From NCBI RefSeq assembly GCF_006345805.1, contig NW_021835376.1, positions 1 through 47,193 of the forward strand: a stretch of 47,193 bases of DNA, read 5' to 3'. The notes beneath the pieces were generated by a model, which was not told the origin of the DNA, did not search any database, and worked only from the letters and a program-made list of their open reading frames with translations. Positions 9,396-22,310 of the stretch are shown here, one piece after another (the first letter of the stretch is position 1; every line of letters begins with the position of its first letter). A program made the translations under genes and the position numbers. The DNA comes from Octopus sinensis. Taxonomy: Eukaryota.

Positions 9396-12300
9396 TGAGA
9401 TAAAATGTAGAAATTCACATCATGCTGAATGATTGAAGCGTGTTATATAGGTGGAATCCCAAAATGTGGAAATCCTTTCAAGACTCGAGGATATCTAATA
9501 AAAGTGACTGTTAAAACGCACTGGTATATAGAATAAGGGAAGCTGAATATTCTACACAGAGTTGTGTTTCTGAATTCTAGTTTGTTTGATGTTAACACAA
9601 TTTCATATTTCATTTACCGTTTGGTAATCTTTCTGTACGGAATTAAAAGAATATTCACACCACCAGCACAATCGCATATATAAGAATAATTACACAGAGG
9701 GTGGTGGTTTGAATTAGTATAATATTTGATGTTGTTAATTTACAATATACGTCTAGTTTTTAGTTACTGAGCTAATAAATAGTTCGTGTTTTACTAAGTC
9801 AATTGTAAAATATATTATAGAGAGTGTTATATAGAATGCATATATACATGCATGTTTGCAGTTTCAAAATGATTTCCTGCAGATAACGAGCAGCAGGAAT
9901 GAGTAAAATACGGATTTTAGAACTAATATCACTATGACAAACTCCTGTTTGTGTAAGTACTCTTTCTATTATCCTCTTGACCATTGGAGATAAGCTTGAA
10001 CAATTGTTATATAGCCGATGCTTATTGATGTAGTAATACATGTCCTTGTCTATCCTCTTACCTCCAGGCAATAAACAAGGCATTTCAACTATGGAGAATT
10101 CTTGATAATATCTCCTTTTCACAACTGTAGCCGGTCTTACCTCCTATTTTGTATGATACATCTTCCAGAGTCAGAGATAATACTACAAAATCACGAATTT
10201 ATGTTGTATGTTATTTGATATACCTGTATCTGTCTAAGTCATTTAAATGCATGTTTCTGGCAAACCTGAGTTGTTTGAGCCCGTATTCATTTACATTATA
10301 GACATTATTATGTCAGCAACAGGGGAAGGGAGATAACTATTGGCAACATTATCTAAATGTGTCAGTGTACTCATGGTAGTCGAAGAAATCTAAGGATGGA
10401 TAGATAGTGATACCGTCAGTATAAATAGTCACAAAATGACTCGCAGTTCAAGACGGTGGGGGGGGGGCAATAATACACGTGGCAAAGGTGAGCCTGCAAT
10501 GTCCCCGGCACGTACCTTCAAGACATCTAGCGGAAATAAAGAAAACATTATACAATATTCTTAAGAACTAACTGTAACCAGATTAGACATCGCAAATATG
10601 AAGAAAGCACAAGTCTTAAAGGTAGAGTATTGTTTCTCCATTTATTTTAATTATTTCTATGAAAACAAATTTTCCCTGACAGGACTCGTAGGAACAGACA
10701 TTAGCAAAAACAATGAAATAAAATAACCCCACATTTCGTTCTACTGTACACGTTGAATAATTTCTTTCGCTTATTTGCAATTCACACCATTATTATAGCG
10801 TGTACACGACCTGTTGCATGCACGTAAATCCATCATGCTTTCAAATGATATACGACTGAATGCATCTATATATTTATCTAGTCACAACTGTGAATTGTTT
10901 TCACTATATATATTCAAGAATTTGAGTGATTCACTCTGAGAAATGTTCCATAATTATATCTTGTTTGTGTTGGCGTTTCTGTTTCCGTTATGTTCCGATT
11001 ACATGTAATTATAGCATTAGTAATTGACATGCTTTGCAGTAGTCAAAGTCGATAGTTAAATTTCTCCTCAAATGCTAACGTGAGACATCTACGTGATCAA
11101 TGAAATTACTAGAAACAACAACCCAATCGGCATCACTGTTGCACGATATAGACCCTGGGGTGGTTCCTACTGTAATGTCTTAGAACATCGATGTAGTCTA
11201 TCAACATTGATGCAGAGCAAAATTTAAACAAAATGGTACTCTTTAATTATATTATCTGTTGGAATTTTTTTATTGGCATGCCCTGCTTATACTTGTTGGC
11301 AAGCAGGGATCTTCATTCACTCCTGCCATACACGACTGCATGTTAATAGCACGGACTTTCTGAAGCGTTCATTGATTATTTTCTCCTTTTGTCTCACCAA
11401 TGCTTAATGTTTTTCAGTTCGCTATTGTGTACAACGATGCCAATGCTATTATTTTCTCTTCAGATAAGGTTTAATGAATATGGTCTGTTTTCTTTAGAGG
11501 TTAAAATACATTTTTTAATGGTTTGTTCTAGTTTAAAGACTTCCATATTTTTGATGGTATGCGTGCGTTGCAGACATTTTCAGTCTTTCTATAAGGAACA
11601 CCATATCTACAGTGTAAATAAGCCTTAGCATTTGTCCAAATATCTTTCAAGTTGTAAAGTACACGCTTACAGAAAGAAACATCTCATCGCAAAAGTATTA
11701 AAATACTGGATGGTCGTGGATCCAATGTCTGGATATTAATTGTTATGTCATTCTTAAAGTAGTTATAAAAGCAACATGAAAGACACCTATGAGGTATCAA
11801 CTGGATTGCCTTGTCATCATCATCGGGATAGCTCAACCAGCATGAATCACATGGGGGAAGACTCCGTAAAATATAAAATCTTTCCCTCTGCATACAATTT
11901 ATCAGACATTTGTAATTGGTTTGCCCATGATCAAACTTGATTGTGCGGGTCATTGATTCAGAAATATAGGATATTACATATTAGAGGTTTTCCCTTATTA
12001 TAAATGTATATAGTATTTTAGGGAGAAATTTAGCTGTTTAGCTGAGCATGTTAGCATCCACCTATACTTTTCACAGTACCGATAAAATTAATCTTGAAGC
12101 AAGTTAATATAGACATCGAGAAAATTACAATAGGATTAAAGTAATCTGAAAATGACCTCGAAAGATTTTTAAGTAACTTCGAATCAAAAGAAAATATGGA
12201 AGCAAATAAAAGAATATTTTGTTATTAAATAATGCTACTGAAACTTATCTTTATACATTTATCGAACAAGTAATGAATTGAACACTTATTGAACAAGCAT

Positions 12301-13835
12301 GAAACAATTGTGTATAGAGGGACGTATATTATTCAAAGGAGTTCCAACACTGAATCAATTCAGAAGTTTAGTAAATACACAGCCCTAAATATAGTTGCTT
12401 GAAGGATAACAATTTTCCTATCAACATTCTTGCTATTGTTTCTTGGGATACACTCGAGCTAATGTTCAAATATTAATATTAATGTAATTCTAGGAGCGTT
12501 GCCCTAAATCGCATAATGAGAGGGATTTAGATTTAACAAAAATTAATATGAATGGAAACAATTCAAGACGTTTTACCTAGGTATGTACAATTAATTTGCT
12601 GTCACCGAAAACAATTTGACTGGATTATAATTCCGTCTGTGTTCTCATACTCTAATTTGGACCAGAAAAATTAGAAACCATAACTTCCAGTCTGTTAATC
12701 TGGTTACCATTAGGTACCTTGTTGAACAGAATTGTGCTATCGGTGCCATGTATATTGGTCCTTTAGTATGGTTTAAAGTGAAACCTTATTAAGAATACCA
12801 ATGGCAAACTTCAACATAGCTATAATTGGATTGTCTTTTAAGCAGGCGTAGTACATGTAAGGAAAATAATTGAAAATGCCATTCCTGGTTTTAAGATATT
12901 ATGATGTGATTTATATAAAATCTGCTTGTTATTTCTAGTAGGTGAAACGAATGTATAATGGCTACAAGGTAGCTTTCTAATCCATAATGTTTACTGTATG
13001 CACGTGTAAGCATAACATTTAGGAAATTCAACGAGGCAAATGGAATTTTTACAAGTAGGGAACCTTTCTTACTCTTGAAGATTTGAAATAGAATCCTAAA
13101 AAGAAGATACACATATACAATCTTTATGGCATACAGCAATTATATTGGGATAATTATACGCCTTCAGAAAGATGCGTAATGGCAAAACATAACATGTTCC
13201 TTATTCGAAACTGCTTGCAAGAAGATATGAAATGAAAGAACACATACATGATTAGAACTGAAAATTTTGGAGAAATAAATCAAAATGGCAGAAGAATAAT
13301 AACTGGTACTACCTTTTCAAATATACTTTTTAATTTAATAATTCAATGAAATATTGTTGAGAGAAAAATATTTCATCGTATTTTTGTTCTTTTTGTAATG
13401 CCTTTTCGCAGTTAATCACAGAATAAAAGTATAATCTATAAATTACTCTCGCTTGATGTCTGCTGCAGTTTCGCAAAAAATAATTGATTCTGTCAATTTC
13501 CCAACACGTCCAACAGGGAATTACAGGAATAAGGCAGATGAGATTTAAAATGGACACTGTTGTCTTTTTTTGTAATGAATTATTGCTATAGTTTCCCTAT
13601 TTAATTTTGGAGACAATATAATTTGTTTCGAATTATGTTCCTAAGCACAGGGCCAAGTACGAGGACAGCTACGTTTGTGCTTAGTACTACACTATCTACA
13701 CTGCTTTTGAGAAACATATTGTTAGGCCGCACGCAGCTTGATAGTAACAACGGGTTCCAACATAGCAATTTTTAAATTGATGGATCAGAAGATGGCACCG
13801 GCAACGCTCAACAAACCAACTTCTTAAGAGCAGAA

Positions 13836-14514
13836 GAAGCTGTAGTCAAAGTAACCAGGAGAGTTATGAATAACAAAGCAAGATCGTCGAGTATAATAAA
13901 AATAAATGAACTTTTAATTAAGAGGCAAATAAAACATTTATGCACCACAAGGACAGTCCTTCGGAGAATTCTTGATTCTTATCGGTTTGAACGGTATTCT
14001 TTTCTAGCGGTGTCATGAAATTGTCACCCATAATTATGACCCTAGTATCGATCTATTGCATTTCAATCTGTTTTAGGGTTAGGGATAGTTAGGGTTAGTG
14101 CTAGGGTTAGAGGTGGAAGAAGGGTATCTTTTTTTCTTCACAAATGTAAATAGACCCAATCTGTTTCTTACACGAGGGACATATTCATACGGCACAGAAT
14201 GTTTTTTTACGTCAATATACGTCAGTGATTTATTGAAATTATAGAACTTGAAGAAACAAACAACAAATATCTTACAAAATATAGAATGTTCTCAATAATG
14301 TCAAGAGAAAAAGATGTTTGATAAACATATTCTACCAGTATACAAAGTTTAAATTTTTTTCAGTTACCTAGAAATTATGTTAAAAACTGCCGTTCAAACT
14401 GAAAAGATTCGAAGCTGTAGTGAAAGAAACCAGGAGTGTTATGAATAACAAAGCAAGATCGTCGAGTATAATCAAAATAAATTAACTTTTAATTAAGAGG
14501 CAAATAAATCATTT
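13836..14514 (+). repeat. 104-bp direct repeat pair (13836-13939 and 14411-14514) bracketing a MITE
   Basis: GAAGCTGTAGT...GAATAACAAAGCAAGATCGTCGAGTATAAT...AAGAGGCAAATAAA.CATTT occurs twice, with 6 mismatches by eye. Confidence 0.95.
13974..14410. mobile_element. TTAGGG-containing MITE, monomer form (~437 bp)
   Basis: Terminal inverted repeats GATTCTTATCGGTTTGAACGG / CCGTTCAAACTGAAAAGATTC. Internal TTAGGG repeats at ~14073-14110. Body matches the arms of 1278-1915. Confidence 0.9.
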
Positions 14515-14831
14515 CTTTTTTTACCACTGAAGTCTTCCTCATTCTTTACGATTTGTAGTTAACATGGATAACCGAAAACAAATTCTCACTCATAGTCGCA
14601 TATCGTCTTCCAGCAGACTCCGAACCATCTCTTGACACTCCCCTCAACCGGACGTCAACTAACTCACAGCACCAACCGAACGCCGTCGCCTCGTGTTCTT
14701 TATAGTTCACCACGCGCCAAAATCACACTATGCTCGCTTACAAAACCAGAGAGGGGTGTTCTAATTCACGTCGTTCGAACGTGAAATTATGTAAGTATAA
14801 CTCTTCCGTCCGTAGCAATATCAATGTTACA
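14416..14831 (-). mobile_element. Possible solo LTR
   Basis: Bounded by TGTAG...TTACA and CpG-richer than its surroundings. Minus strand has TATAAAG (~14697-14703) and ATTAAA (~14487-14492) in promoter-then-polyA order. No TSD found. Confidence 0.3.
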
Positions 14832-15520
14832 ACTTCTATCGCTCTGGATATTTAGGATCTCTAACTTAATGGAGAAAATACCTTCCTCTATTCATTTGCA
14901 TTTATGCAATAAGATCGACTCCCCTCTGGTTCGAGTTTTACATTCATTCTTCTAATGGCGATAAACGTGAAGGTATAAGGAGTGTATAATCCAATAAGTC
15001 TTGCACAAAAAAAAGCAAGTAATTTTATGTCTGTAAAAATAGAAGCTTTCCATTATGATATTCTTCCTCTTCTAAAATTTAGGATCATAACGAAGCCTAT
15101 TCGTAACTATTTAGTCTGATTCAGCTGGATATATGTCAATAAAGATATATATAAAATCTTATATATATTACAAACGTTTCTCATGGAATATAGAAATCTT
15201 CTTTTTAACAGCTGGAATTGAAATGTATACTACATCGATGCATGAAACATGTTGTGAGATAATCTTAATTCATTCCTATTTTAAGTTATTCCAAGAAAGA
15301 AATACCGTAATTTAAAACACGTATATGAAGTTGAGATATATTGCCTGTGCCCCCCCGCCCCCCATCCATTAAGCAAATGTGTCAACCGCGTTTCGAGTCC
15401 TTACTTTGCCAAATGAACTGTAGTTCACATAACACCTCTACCCCATAAGTGATGTCTACACTGTTTATGTATTGGACAAATTCTCACTTGAGACGTTTGG
15501 GCAGGATTAAAATATCGCCT

Positions 15521-15558
<38 letters not shown>

Positions 15559-15836
15559 TATATATATATATAAAACAGTTGAAACACACCTGTCACAACC
15601 TGGGTCTTTGAAGACTGGTTTCATGCAAGACAGTATACTAGTCCCTTAATATTTGATATTCAATATTTCATCTATTCAATAGGACAATCAATACTTCATT
15701 TCATTTTACTATATATACTATTTATATTATATATTCTATATTCTACATTAATATTATAAAGAATAAAACATAAAAGACAGGGTTGGAACTTCTTTGAATA
15801 ATATATATCCCTCTATACACAATATACAAACCCCTT

Positions 15837-15837
<1 letters not shown>

Positions 15838-15899
<62 letters not shown>

Positions 15900-15965
15900 T
15901 CATACATATATATATATAGAGAGAGAGAGTGTGTGTGATATAGAGAGTGGGAGAGAGAGAGAGAG
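15838..15965. repeat. (TA)n-(GA)n compound microsatellite
   Basis: Read directly. Confidence 0.9.
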
Positions 15966-16929
15966 ATATGAATATTGGCTTCAAGCTGGGAAGTAAAATT
16001 TTGGTATAAACGAACTCGACAAATTCTGTTTTTAACGACCAGAACTAACAGAGTATAGCACTGTTGGTATCTAATTCGGTTCTGATGCTGAAAACAAATT
16101 CTAGAACAAAGTTACATGAACATTCTGCTCTCATTCGATATCGGCCAGAAAGAGGAAGTAAAGTATTTCTATTTCTAGCTGTATCGAATATTATTACTGA
16201 CTAGTCTATGTATTATAATATGCTGTAACGATTACTTTTTCAAATTCATTTAGTTAGGAAAATGTTTGTAGAAAATCGAATCATCGGCGCCTTTAATATT
16301 AAGGTTCTAAACTCAATATTCTGGTATTGTGTAGCATTTTCAAAACAATCAAATAATGATGCTTATATCGTATGGTTATGGTATATTTTAATATGAATTC
16401 TGTTGAGATACTACATAGCGTTATTTTTTAATAAAAAAGAGAAAAAAGACGGAGAAATCAATACCTTTTCATATCTTGCAGGACAAATAACATAGAAATA
16501 ATAAAAAATGTGGTCGATATAACACTGTGACAAGTGTGTAGTACCTGCTGGTATAAGTGAATATATGTCAGACCGAAACAACGGCAACAATGTTTAAGGT
16601 CGGTATGTCTGCACGCTAGTATGTATGTGTATATCTATCTACACACACCCCCACTTATATTATATACATATAATAACTAAGATTCAGTTAGAATAGGCAC
16701 TTAGAGGCACAAAGATAGTTCAGAATAGTCCGCCCGGCTTGCAGTCGGGTGAGTAAAAGCAAATAAGTAACAAGGGTGTCCAGGATAGCAGTTTCTTTCA
16801 AATTTTGCTGGTATTGATCGATGAAATAGTGTCGCTAGATAATGGCGTAATTCTTTGATACCTGGACATAACTTGTTATTTATTTACTTTCTATCTATCT
16901 ATCTTTCTACATGTATATATATATATATA

Positions 16930-17135
16930 GTTAATCCAAACATGAAACAAAAAGAGGAAACACAACAACGCGAGGACGTGGAACAAGTATAATATTATTG
17001 GACGCTCAGGAAAGAAGGAAAGAAGGAGGGTTTAACGTTTCGAGCAGAGCTCTTCGTCAGAAACATAGGAAAAGAAAAGATCGAAAGAAGGGAAGACGGA
17101 AGAAAAAAATCTCCAACGGTACACACGCGGTCATA
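16930..17135 (-). mobile_element. Short hammerhead-bearing cassette inserted in (TA)n (Penelope pseudo-LTR-like fragment)
   Basis: Unique ~200-bp purine-skewed block between TA tracts that contains the hammerhead motif. Its start AGTTAATCCAAA also occurs in the cassette at ~45602. Confidence 0.55.
17030..17064 (-). ncRNA. Minimal type I hammerhead ribozyme motif (Penelope-like element type)
   Basis: Minus strand GUUU-CUGACGA-A-GAGC-UCU-GCUC-GAAA-CG-U-U-AAAC: stem I GUUU/AAAC, intact CUGANGA and GAAA boxes, stem II GAGC/GCUC, palindromic ACGU in place of stem III. Confidence 0.75.
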
Positions 17136-17152
17136 CACACATATGTATCTGC

Positions 17153-17153
<1 letters not shown>

Positions 17154-17191
<38 letters not shown>

Positions 17192-17212
17192 CATTCATAC
17201 ATACATACAGAG

Positions 17213-17253
<41 letters not shown>
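17154..17253. repeat. (TA)n-(TACA)n-(GA)n microsatellite
   Basis: Read directly. Confidence 0.9.
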
Positions 17254-17257
<4 letters not shown>

Positions 17258-17897
17258 CGCTATGTGTTTTCGTTGTAGTCTGTTTTCTTCACTTGGTAAT
17301 ACGAACATCGTGTCACACGAACAAATGCATATGTTTATACATTCAAACGTATATCTATGAGTATATGTATTAATGAACAATTATTGCAAAACCGGGACTT
17401 TTAACGTACTTAACAGCTGTATGAAGAAGTTAGTTTCACATACTTATCGTTCTTTCTACACTGGCCTGAGGGTCGATACTTTGAATAAAGCTGCAATTTA
17501 ACCAATAATTGCTTTAGTTACATTAACTTAATTATAGCCAATCACGTCTGTGAATTAACAATCTGGTGATGAAAGGATAGTTCAGATAATTTTGCTACAA
17601 AGTTTTAAGTATATCGTTATATAAAATCATTTGGATCATCAGGTAAAATTTACTAACGGAACCGGAACATACATGGAAAATTTGATGGAGCTAAGAAATA
17701 TGGGACACCTGGGCACTACTATGAAACTTTAGAGGAATTGAATGGTTCAATTCAGTAAATTCAATGATACTGTTCTGTAAAATCTGAAAATATTGGGGCA
17801 CTAATAATATCAAACTGGAAAGTACACAGAAAAAAACTAACTAGAGGATTTTTTACCAATATAATTTTATTATAATTGAACCGTCATACAATATAGT

Positions 17898-18197
17898 GGA
17901 GACACATGGCCTAGTGGTTAGAGCAGCGGACTTGCGGTCGATGGATCGCGGGTTCGAATCTCAGACTGGACTATGCGTGTATTTATGAGTGAAATACCTA
18001 AGATCCACGTGGCTCCGGCAGAAGGTAATGGTGAAACTTCTGCTGACTCTTTCGCCACAACTTTCTCTCAATCTTTCATCTTACAGCTCACCTGCAACGG
18101 AGCGGCGTCCCGTCCAGGTGGAGAACCTATACGCCAAGAAACCGGGAAACTGGCCCTTATGAGCCAGGCATGCCTCGAGAAGGAACAAACAACAAAA
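17898..18197 (+). mobile_element. tRNA(Arg-like)-derived SINE, OR-like short-tail variant
   Basis: TGGCCTAGTGG A box and GGTTCGAATCT B box. Tail GGCCCTTATGAGCCAGGCATGCCTCGAGAAGGAACAAACAAC. Degenerate TSD CGTCATACAATATAGT / CATCATAGGATATAAT. Confidence 0.9.
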
Positions 18198-18751
18198 CAT
18201 CATAGGATATAATAATACGATGCTTCAGTTAATGGGGTTGCACTTACTTGATCAGGAGATTTACTTGATATACGAACTAAATTCCATTTGAAACTAATTT
18301 ATCATCTTATAAAAACAATCGAACGCCGATTTTAACATAGATAACGCTTGTTTGGATTGGTTTTCTGTAAAATATATTCGTCGTTGTTATACTATCAGTG
18401 GAATATCTTTGATTATTTGTTAGTTACGTCAGCGATGAGTTAGGGTTAAATAACAACGTTAAAAATCTACATAAATTTTACCATAAGCGACAAGGAAATT
18501 TCTTCCTGCTTCTCGACTCTTTTGATGTTTTATATCCCAGGTAAATAGAATCACGCAGAGAAAATTCTAATTTCAGATTTCCTCTAAAATAAAACCGCAT
18601 GTCATTTGGAAAGTTTCTGACTGTTTTTCGAATGTCACTGTATATTGCAGATTAATTTCAATTAAATTTTATTGTCATTTCCTTTACAGTGCAAGCGCCT
18701 ATATAGACTTGTTCACTCTCATATATTCAGGTATATTATATTATATATAGT

Positions 18752-19044
18752 GGAGTCCCATGGCATAGTGGTTAGAGCAGCAGACTCGCGTTCGAGGGTT
18801 CGCGGGCTCAAATCTCAGACTGGGCGATGTGTGTGTTTATGAGGGAAAAACCTAACCTCCATGCAGGTCCGGCAGAAGGTAATGGCGAACTCCTGCTGAA
18901 TCTTTCGCCACAACTTTCCCTCACTTTCTCCTCCTTCATCTTGCAGCTCACCTGCGACGAACCGGCGTCCCGTCAAGGTGGGGAACCGATACGCCAAAGA
19001 AACCGGGAAGCTGGCACTTATGAGCCAGGCACGGCTTGAGAAGG
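18752..19044 (+). mobile_element. tRNA(Arg-like)-derived SINE, OR-like short-tail variant
   Basis: Co-linear with 17898-18197. AGGTATATTATAT occurs near both ends (18729 and 19042). Confidence 0.9.
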
Positions 19045-19529
19045 TATATTATATACTGGTATACTATTTTAATTGCATTCTATGTTCTAGTTTTCTAATC
19101 CTCGGCAACGTATTCCTCACTGCGAGGAGAGTGGATAACTGTGGCAATTCTAGAGCAAATACATTTTCTGTTAACTTTCTAAAGTGATTTAGTGAGAAGC
19201 GTTGATATGTATTTGTTTACAGTTCATAGGTATTGCGTCAAAACTAACAGATCGGAGATAATAGCATTCTTTATAACTTTCTTATTTTCATTTCTTAATC
19301 GCCATGTAACATATACATATTTATTAAAATTATTATTCATTACAATGTTCTAAAACATTCAATCCCATTATCGTCTGCATTAAATCAGTGGGTCGCTACT
19401 AAGTAAATAGTAGCGAGATTTTTGAAAACGATGCTTCAGCTGTTTATATCCCTTGCACACGGAAAATAATATACGCCTTGAGAGGTAACGTCATTGCCAC
19501 TAGTATCTAGTCTGCCATCTATTATATTA

Positions 19530-19543
19530 GTGTATATATATAG

Positions 19544-19593
<50 letters not shown>

Positions 19594-19818
19594 GCATGTG
19601 CGTCTGTGTGCACCCACAAGTAACACGACCGTGTGGAATGATATGCCCATATTTCTCGTGTTATAATGTTAATGAGCAATGTAGTTTCTATATTTAACAA
19701 AATGGAACTATCCTCAATGATTCTGTGTATGTCGCGGTGTATTTTCGTGTCACTGCGTATGTGAATCTGCTTTTATATCATGCGTGCATTGCCCTATGTA
19801 TACACACACATACATATC

Positions 19819-19880
<62 letters not shown>

Positions 19881-20328
19881 TGTGTGTGTGTGTACATATG
19901 TGTGTATAGTTACTTAAATACATACTTGTATGTACCCATGTATGTGTTAACGTATATAATCTATAATATGATTATATTATTTTCATTGATATGAAATTTT
20001 GCCAAGTGTTTTCAATACTTACTGAAGCGGTTAAGAGTAACAAAGAAAGGCCAGAGAATTATATTATGGAAGCCGTCAAAAGAAACTGAGCGTAAGCGGT
20101 GGAACTATGTCTTTTTCCTGTGTAATTCGTCAACAGAGAAATGTGCGTCATAATGAACAGGAAAAATATTATGAATTTTCTAAGGATTTCATAGTATATA
20201 GGACAATGAACCTCAACATTTCTACCCACTTCACACATACAAACACAAGGACATGCATACATACGTAACATCGTTACATCATTCATACATAAATATTAAG
20301 ACGTAGATACCTGTGTGCGTATGTATAT

Positions 20329-20423
<95 letters not shown>

Positions 20424-20430
20424 TATATGT
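19530..20430. repeat. Cluster of (TA)n tracts (19530-19592, 19820-19892, 20325-20428)
   Basis: Read directly. Confidence 0.9.
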
Positions 20431-20709
20431 ACGTATGTATGTATACACAAAGACACACGTATATACATGTATGAACACACGCACACATATCTATATATAT
20501 TGTATAAAATACGAATGATGGAATATACGAGAATTTATAATTAATCAAGACAATAGTTTAGACATTTCTAGCAACGATACCTCACGGGTGGGAACTTCAA
20601 GAACTCGTTCAAGAGTATCTGGCGGTGCACACGTATTTCATCAGGTGATAAAAAGGTACAACTCGTGAAAATAACAGTTCCGCAATGAAATTACCTTACG
20701 TTGACAGTA

Positions 20710-21082
20710 CACATTAAGTTGACAGTATACAACTATTCTATGGTACAACTACTGCTTATATCTTATATTTAGGAATGTAATATTTCTATTTTTGTAATCA
20801 ATGGATTTATTTCACTAGAATTCTTATATGTTTACATGGCCTGGACAAGAATCTTCTACTTGCAGGTCATGCTGCTCCAGACTGATGACGAGCAAGGCTC
20901 AGAAACTAGTTTCTGAATGCAGGCTTAGCTTGGTAGGGGTGCTTGTCTCCTCCTTTTAACATAAATACACAGGAAATGTGTCAAGGCCGACAAGAAGCGT
21001 TGATGCTTCCTAGGGGTAAATAGCAGCGGTGTGATTCCCTTCATGGGACTGTCACATTAAGTTGACGGTATAGAACTACTCT
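20710..21082 (+). mobile_element. 343-nt terminally redundant unit carrying a hammerhead-like motif (retrozyme / Penelope pLTR-like)
   Basis: 30-bp direct repeat CACATTAAGTTGAC(A/G)GTATA(C/G)AACTA(T/C)TCT at 20710-20739 and 21053-21082, with a hammerhead-like core in the middle. Confidence 0.55.
20878..20915 (+). ncRNA. Minimal type I hammerhead ribozyme-like motif
   Basis: CAGA-CUGAUGA-C-GAGC-AAG-GCUC-A-GAAA-CUAG-U-U-UCUG: stem I CAGA/UCUG, stem II GAGC/GCUC, palindromic ACUAGU at stem III. C.A mismatch at the base of stem II. Confidence 0.65.
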
Positions 21083-21195
<113 letters not shown>

Positions 21196-22199
21196 CTGTT
21201 ATGCAGATGATACAAAAGTTTCACAGGAAATACAGAACCCTGAGGACACTAGACACCTGCAATGTGAGCTGGACGAAATATACAAGTGGGCTGAAAAGAA
21301 TAGAATGCAGTTCAATGCTGGAAAGTTTCAAGCTTTATACTATCAGCATGCAAAACTGAATGCAATACCCAATGAATACACTGGACCCGGAGGGATTGCA
21401 ATCCCAGAGGCACAATCAGTGCGTGACCTGGGTTTCACATGAGTGATGACGCGACCCTTCATGTACATGTTGCTAAACTGACAATGAAATGTAGACGGCT
21501 GGCTGGATGGATTCTTAGAACCTTTAGAACAAGAGAACAAGAAACCATGATGGTCCTCTGGAAGACACTTGTCCTAAGCCACTTTGACTATTGCTCTCAG
21601 CTATGGTCACCATCCAGTGTCAAGTTGATCACAGAACTTGAGGCGATCCAACGAAGCTACACAAAGAAGATAGCCTCTATGCAGAATGTAAGCTACTGGG
21701 AAAGACTCAAGAGATTAAAATTATATTCCCTGGAGCGTAGGCGGGAAAGATATGCCATAATATACATCTGGAAGATCCTGGAGGGAAGTGTCCTGAACTT
21801 TGGCAACGAGAGTTACGCAAATGCCAGAACTGGGCGCCACTGCATGGTGCCTAGGACTCCAAACTTGCCATCAAGATGTAGGACAAGATTCTGTGATAGC
21901 CTGGGCTTCCGAGGCCCACAGCTCTTCAATATCCTCCCGAAGAACCTGAGAGACCTGCATGGGGTGGATACAGATGTCTTTAAAATGAAGCTGGATCTCT
22001 TCCTGTCAGGTGTCCCAGATGAACCAACTTCACGGCAGGAGGGACAGATGAGGGCAGCTGCATCGAACTCTCTCATGCACCAAATAGCAGTCGCTAGAAA
22101 GCCTCCATGAAGTGAAACCAAGTAGCAACACCAAATGGCGGTGCCCCAGCATGGCCACAGCTCATAAGCTGAAACTAGAATCAATCAATGAATCAATCA

Positions 22200-22203
<4 letters not shown>
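21196..22203 (+). mobile_element. 5'-truncated CR1-clade LINE (C-terminal RT region, 3' UTR and (AATC)n tail)
   Basis: CYADDTK...LQCELDEIYKWAEKNRMQFNAGK...VRDLG (21197-21433; YADD at 21200-21211). One frameshift then leads into ORF 21439-22110 with LWKTLVLSHFDYCSQLWSP, LEAIQRSYTK and YWERLKRLKLYSLERRRER, typical CR1 motifs. The tail has a CAGCT-CATA-AGCTG hairpin followed by AATC repeats. Confidence 0.93.
21197..22110 (+). pseudogene. Reverse transcriptase ORF2 fragment, truncated at the YADD motif, single frameshift at ~21433
   Basis: Manual translation joined to the supplied ORF 21439..22110. Confidence 0.9.
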
Positions 22204-22255
<52 letters not shown>

Positions 22256-22310
22256 CGTGTGTGTATGTATGTATGTATGTATGTATGTATGTATGTATGT
22301 ATGTATGTAT
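22203..22310. repeat. (TA)n-(TG)n-(TATG)n microsatellite at the 3' flank of the LINE
   Basis: Read directly. Confidence 0.9.

Noticed and set aside
11380-11640. Possible ancient RT remnant on the minus strand (IYTVDMVFL resembling YADD)
   Set aside because: A single weak motif with no supporting RT blocks recognisable by eye; needs BLASTX/HMMER.
17973-19039. Similar peptides (AEGNG...ILQLTC..PASR.GGEPIRQ) in ORFs at 17973, 18827 and 25659, suggesting a gene family
   Set aside because: They are chance translations of the same SINE, and frames and ends differ between copies.
21813-22184. 123-aa antisense ORF
   Set aside because: Shadow ORF on the opposite strand of the LINE RT.
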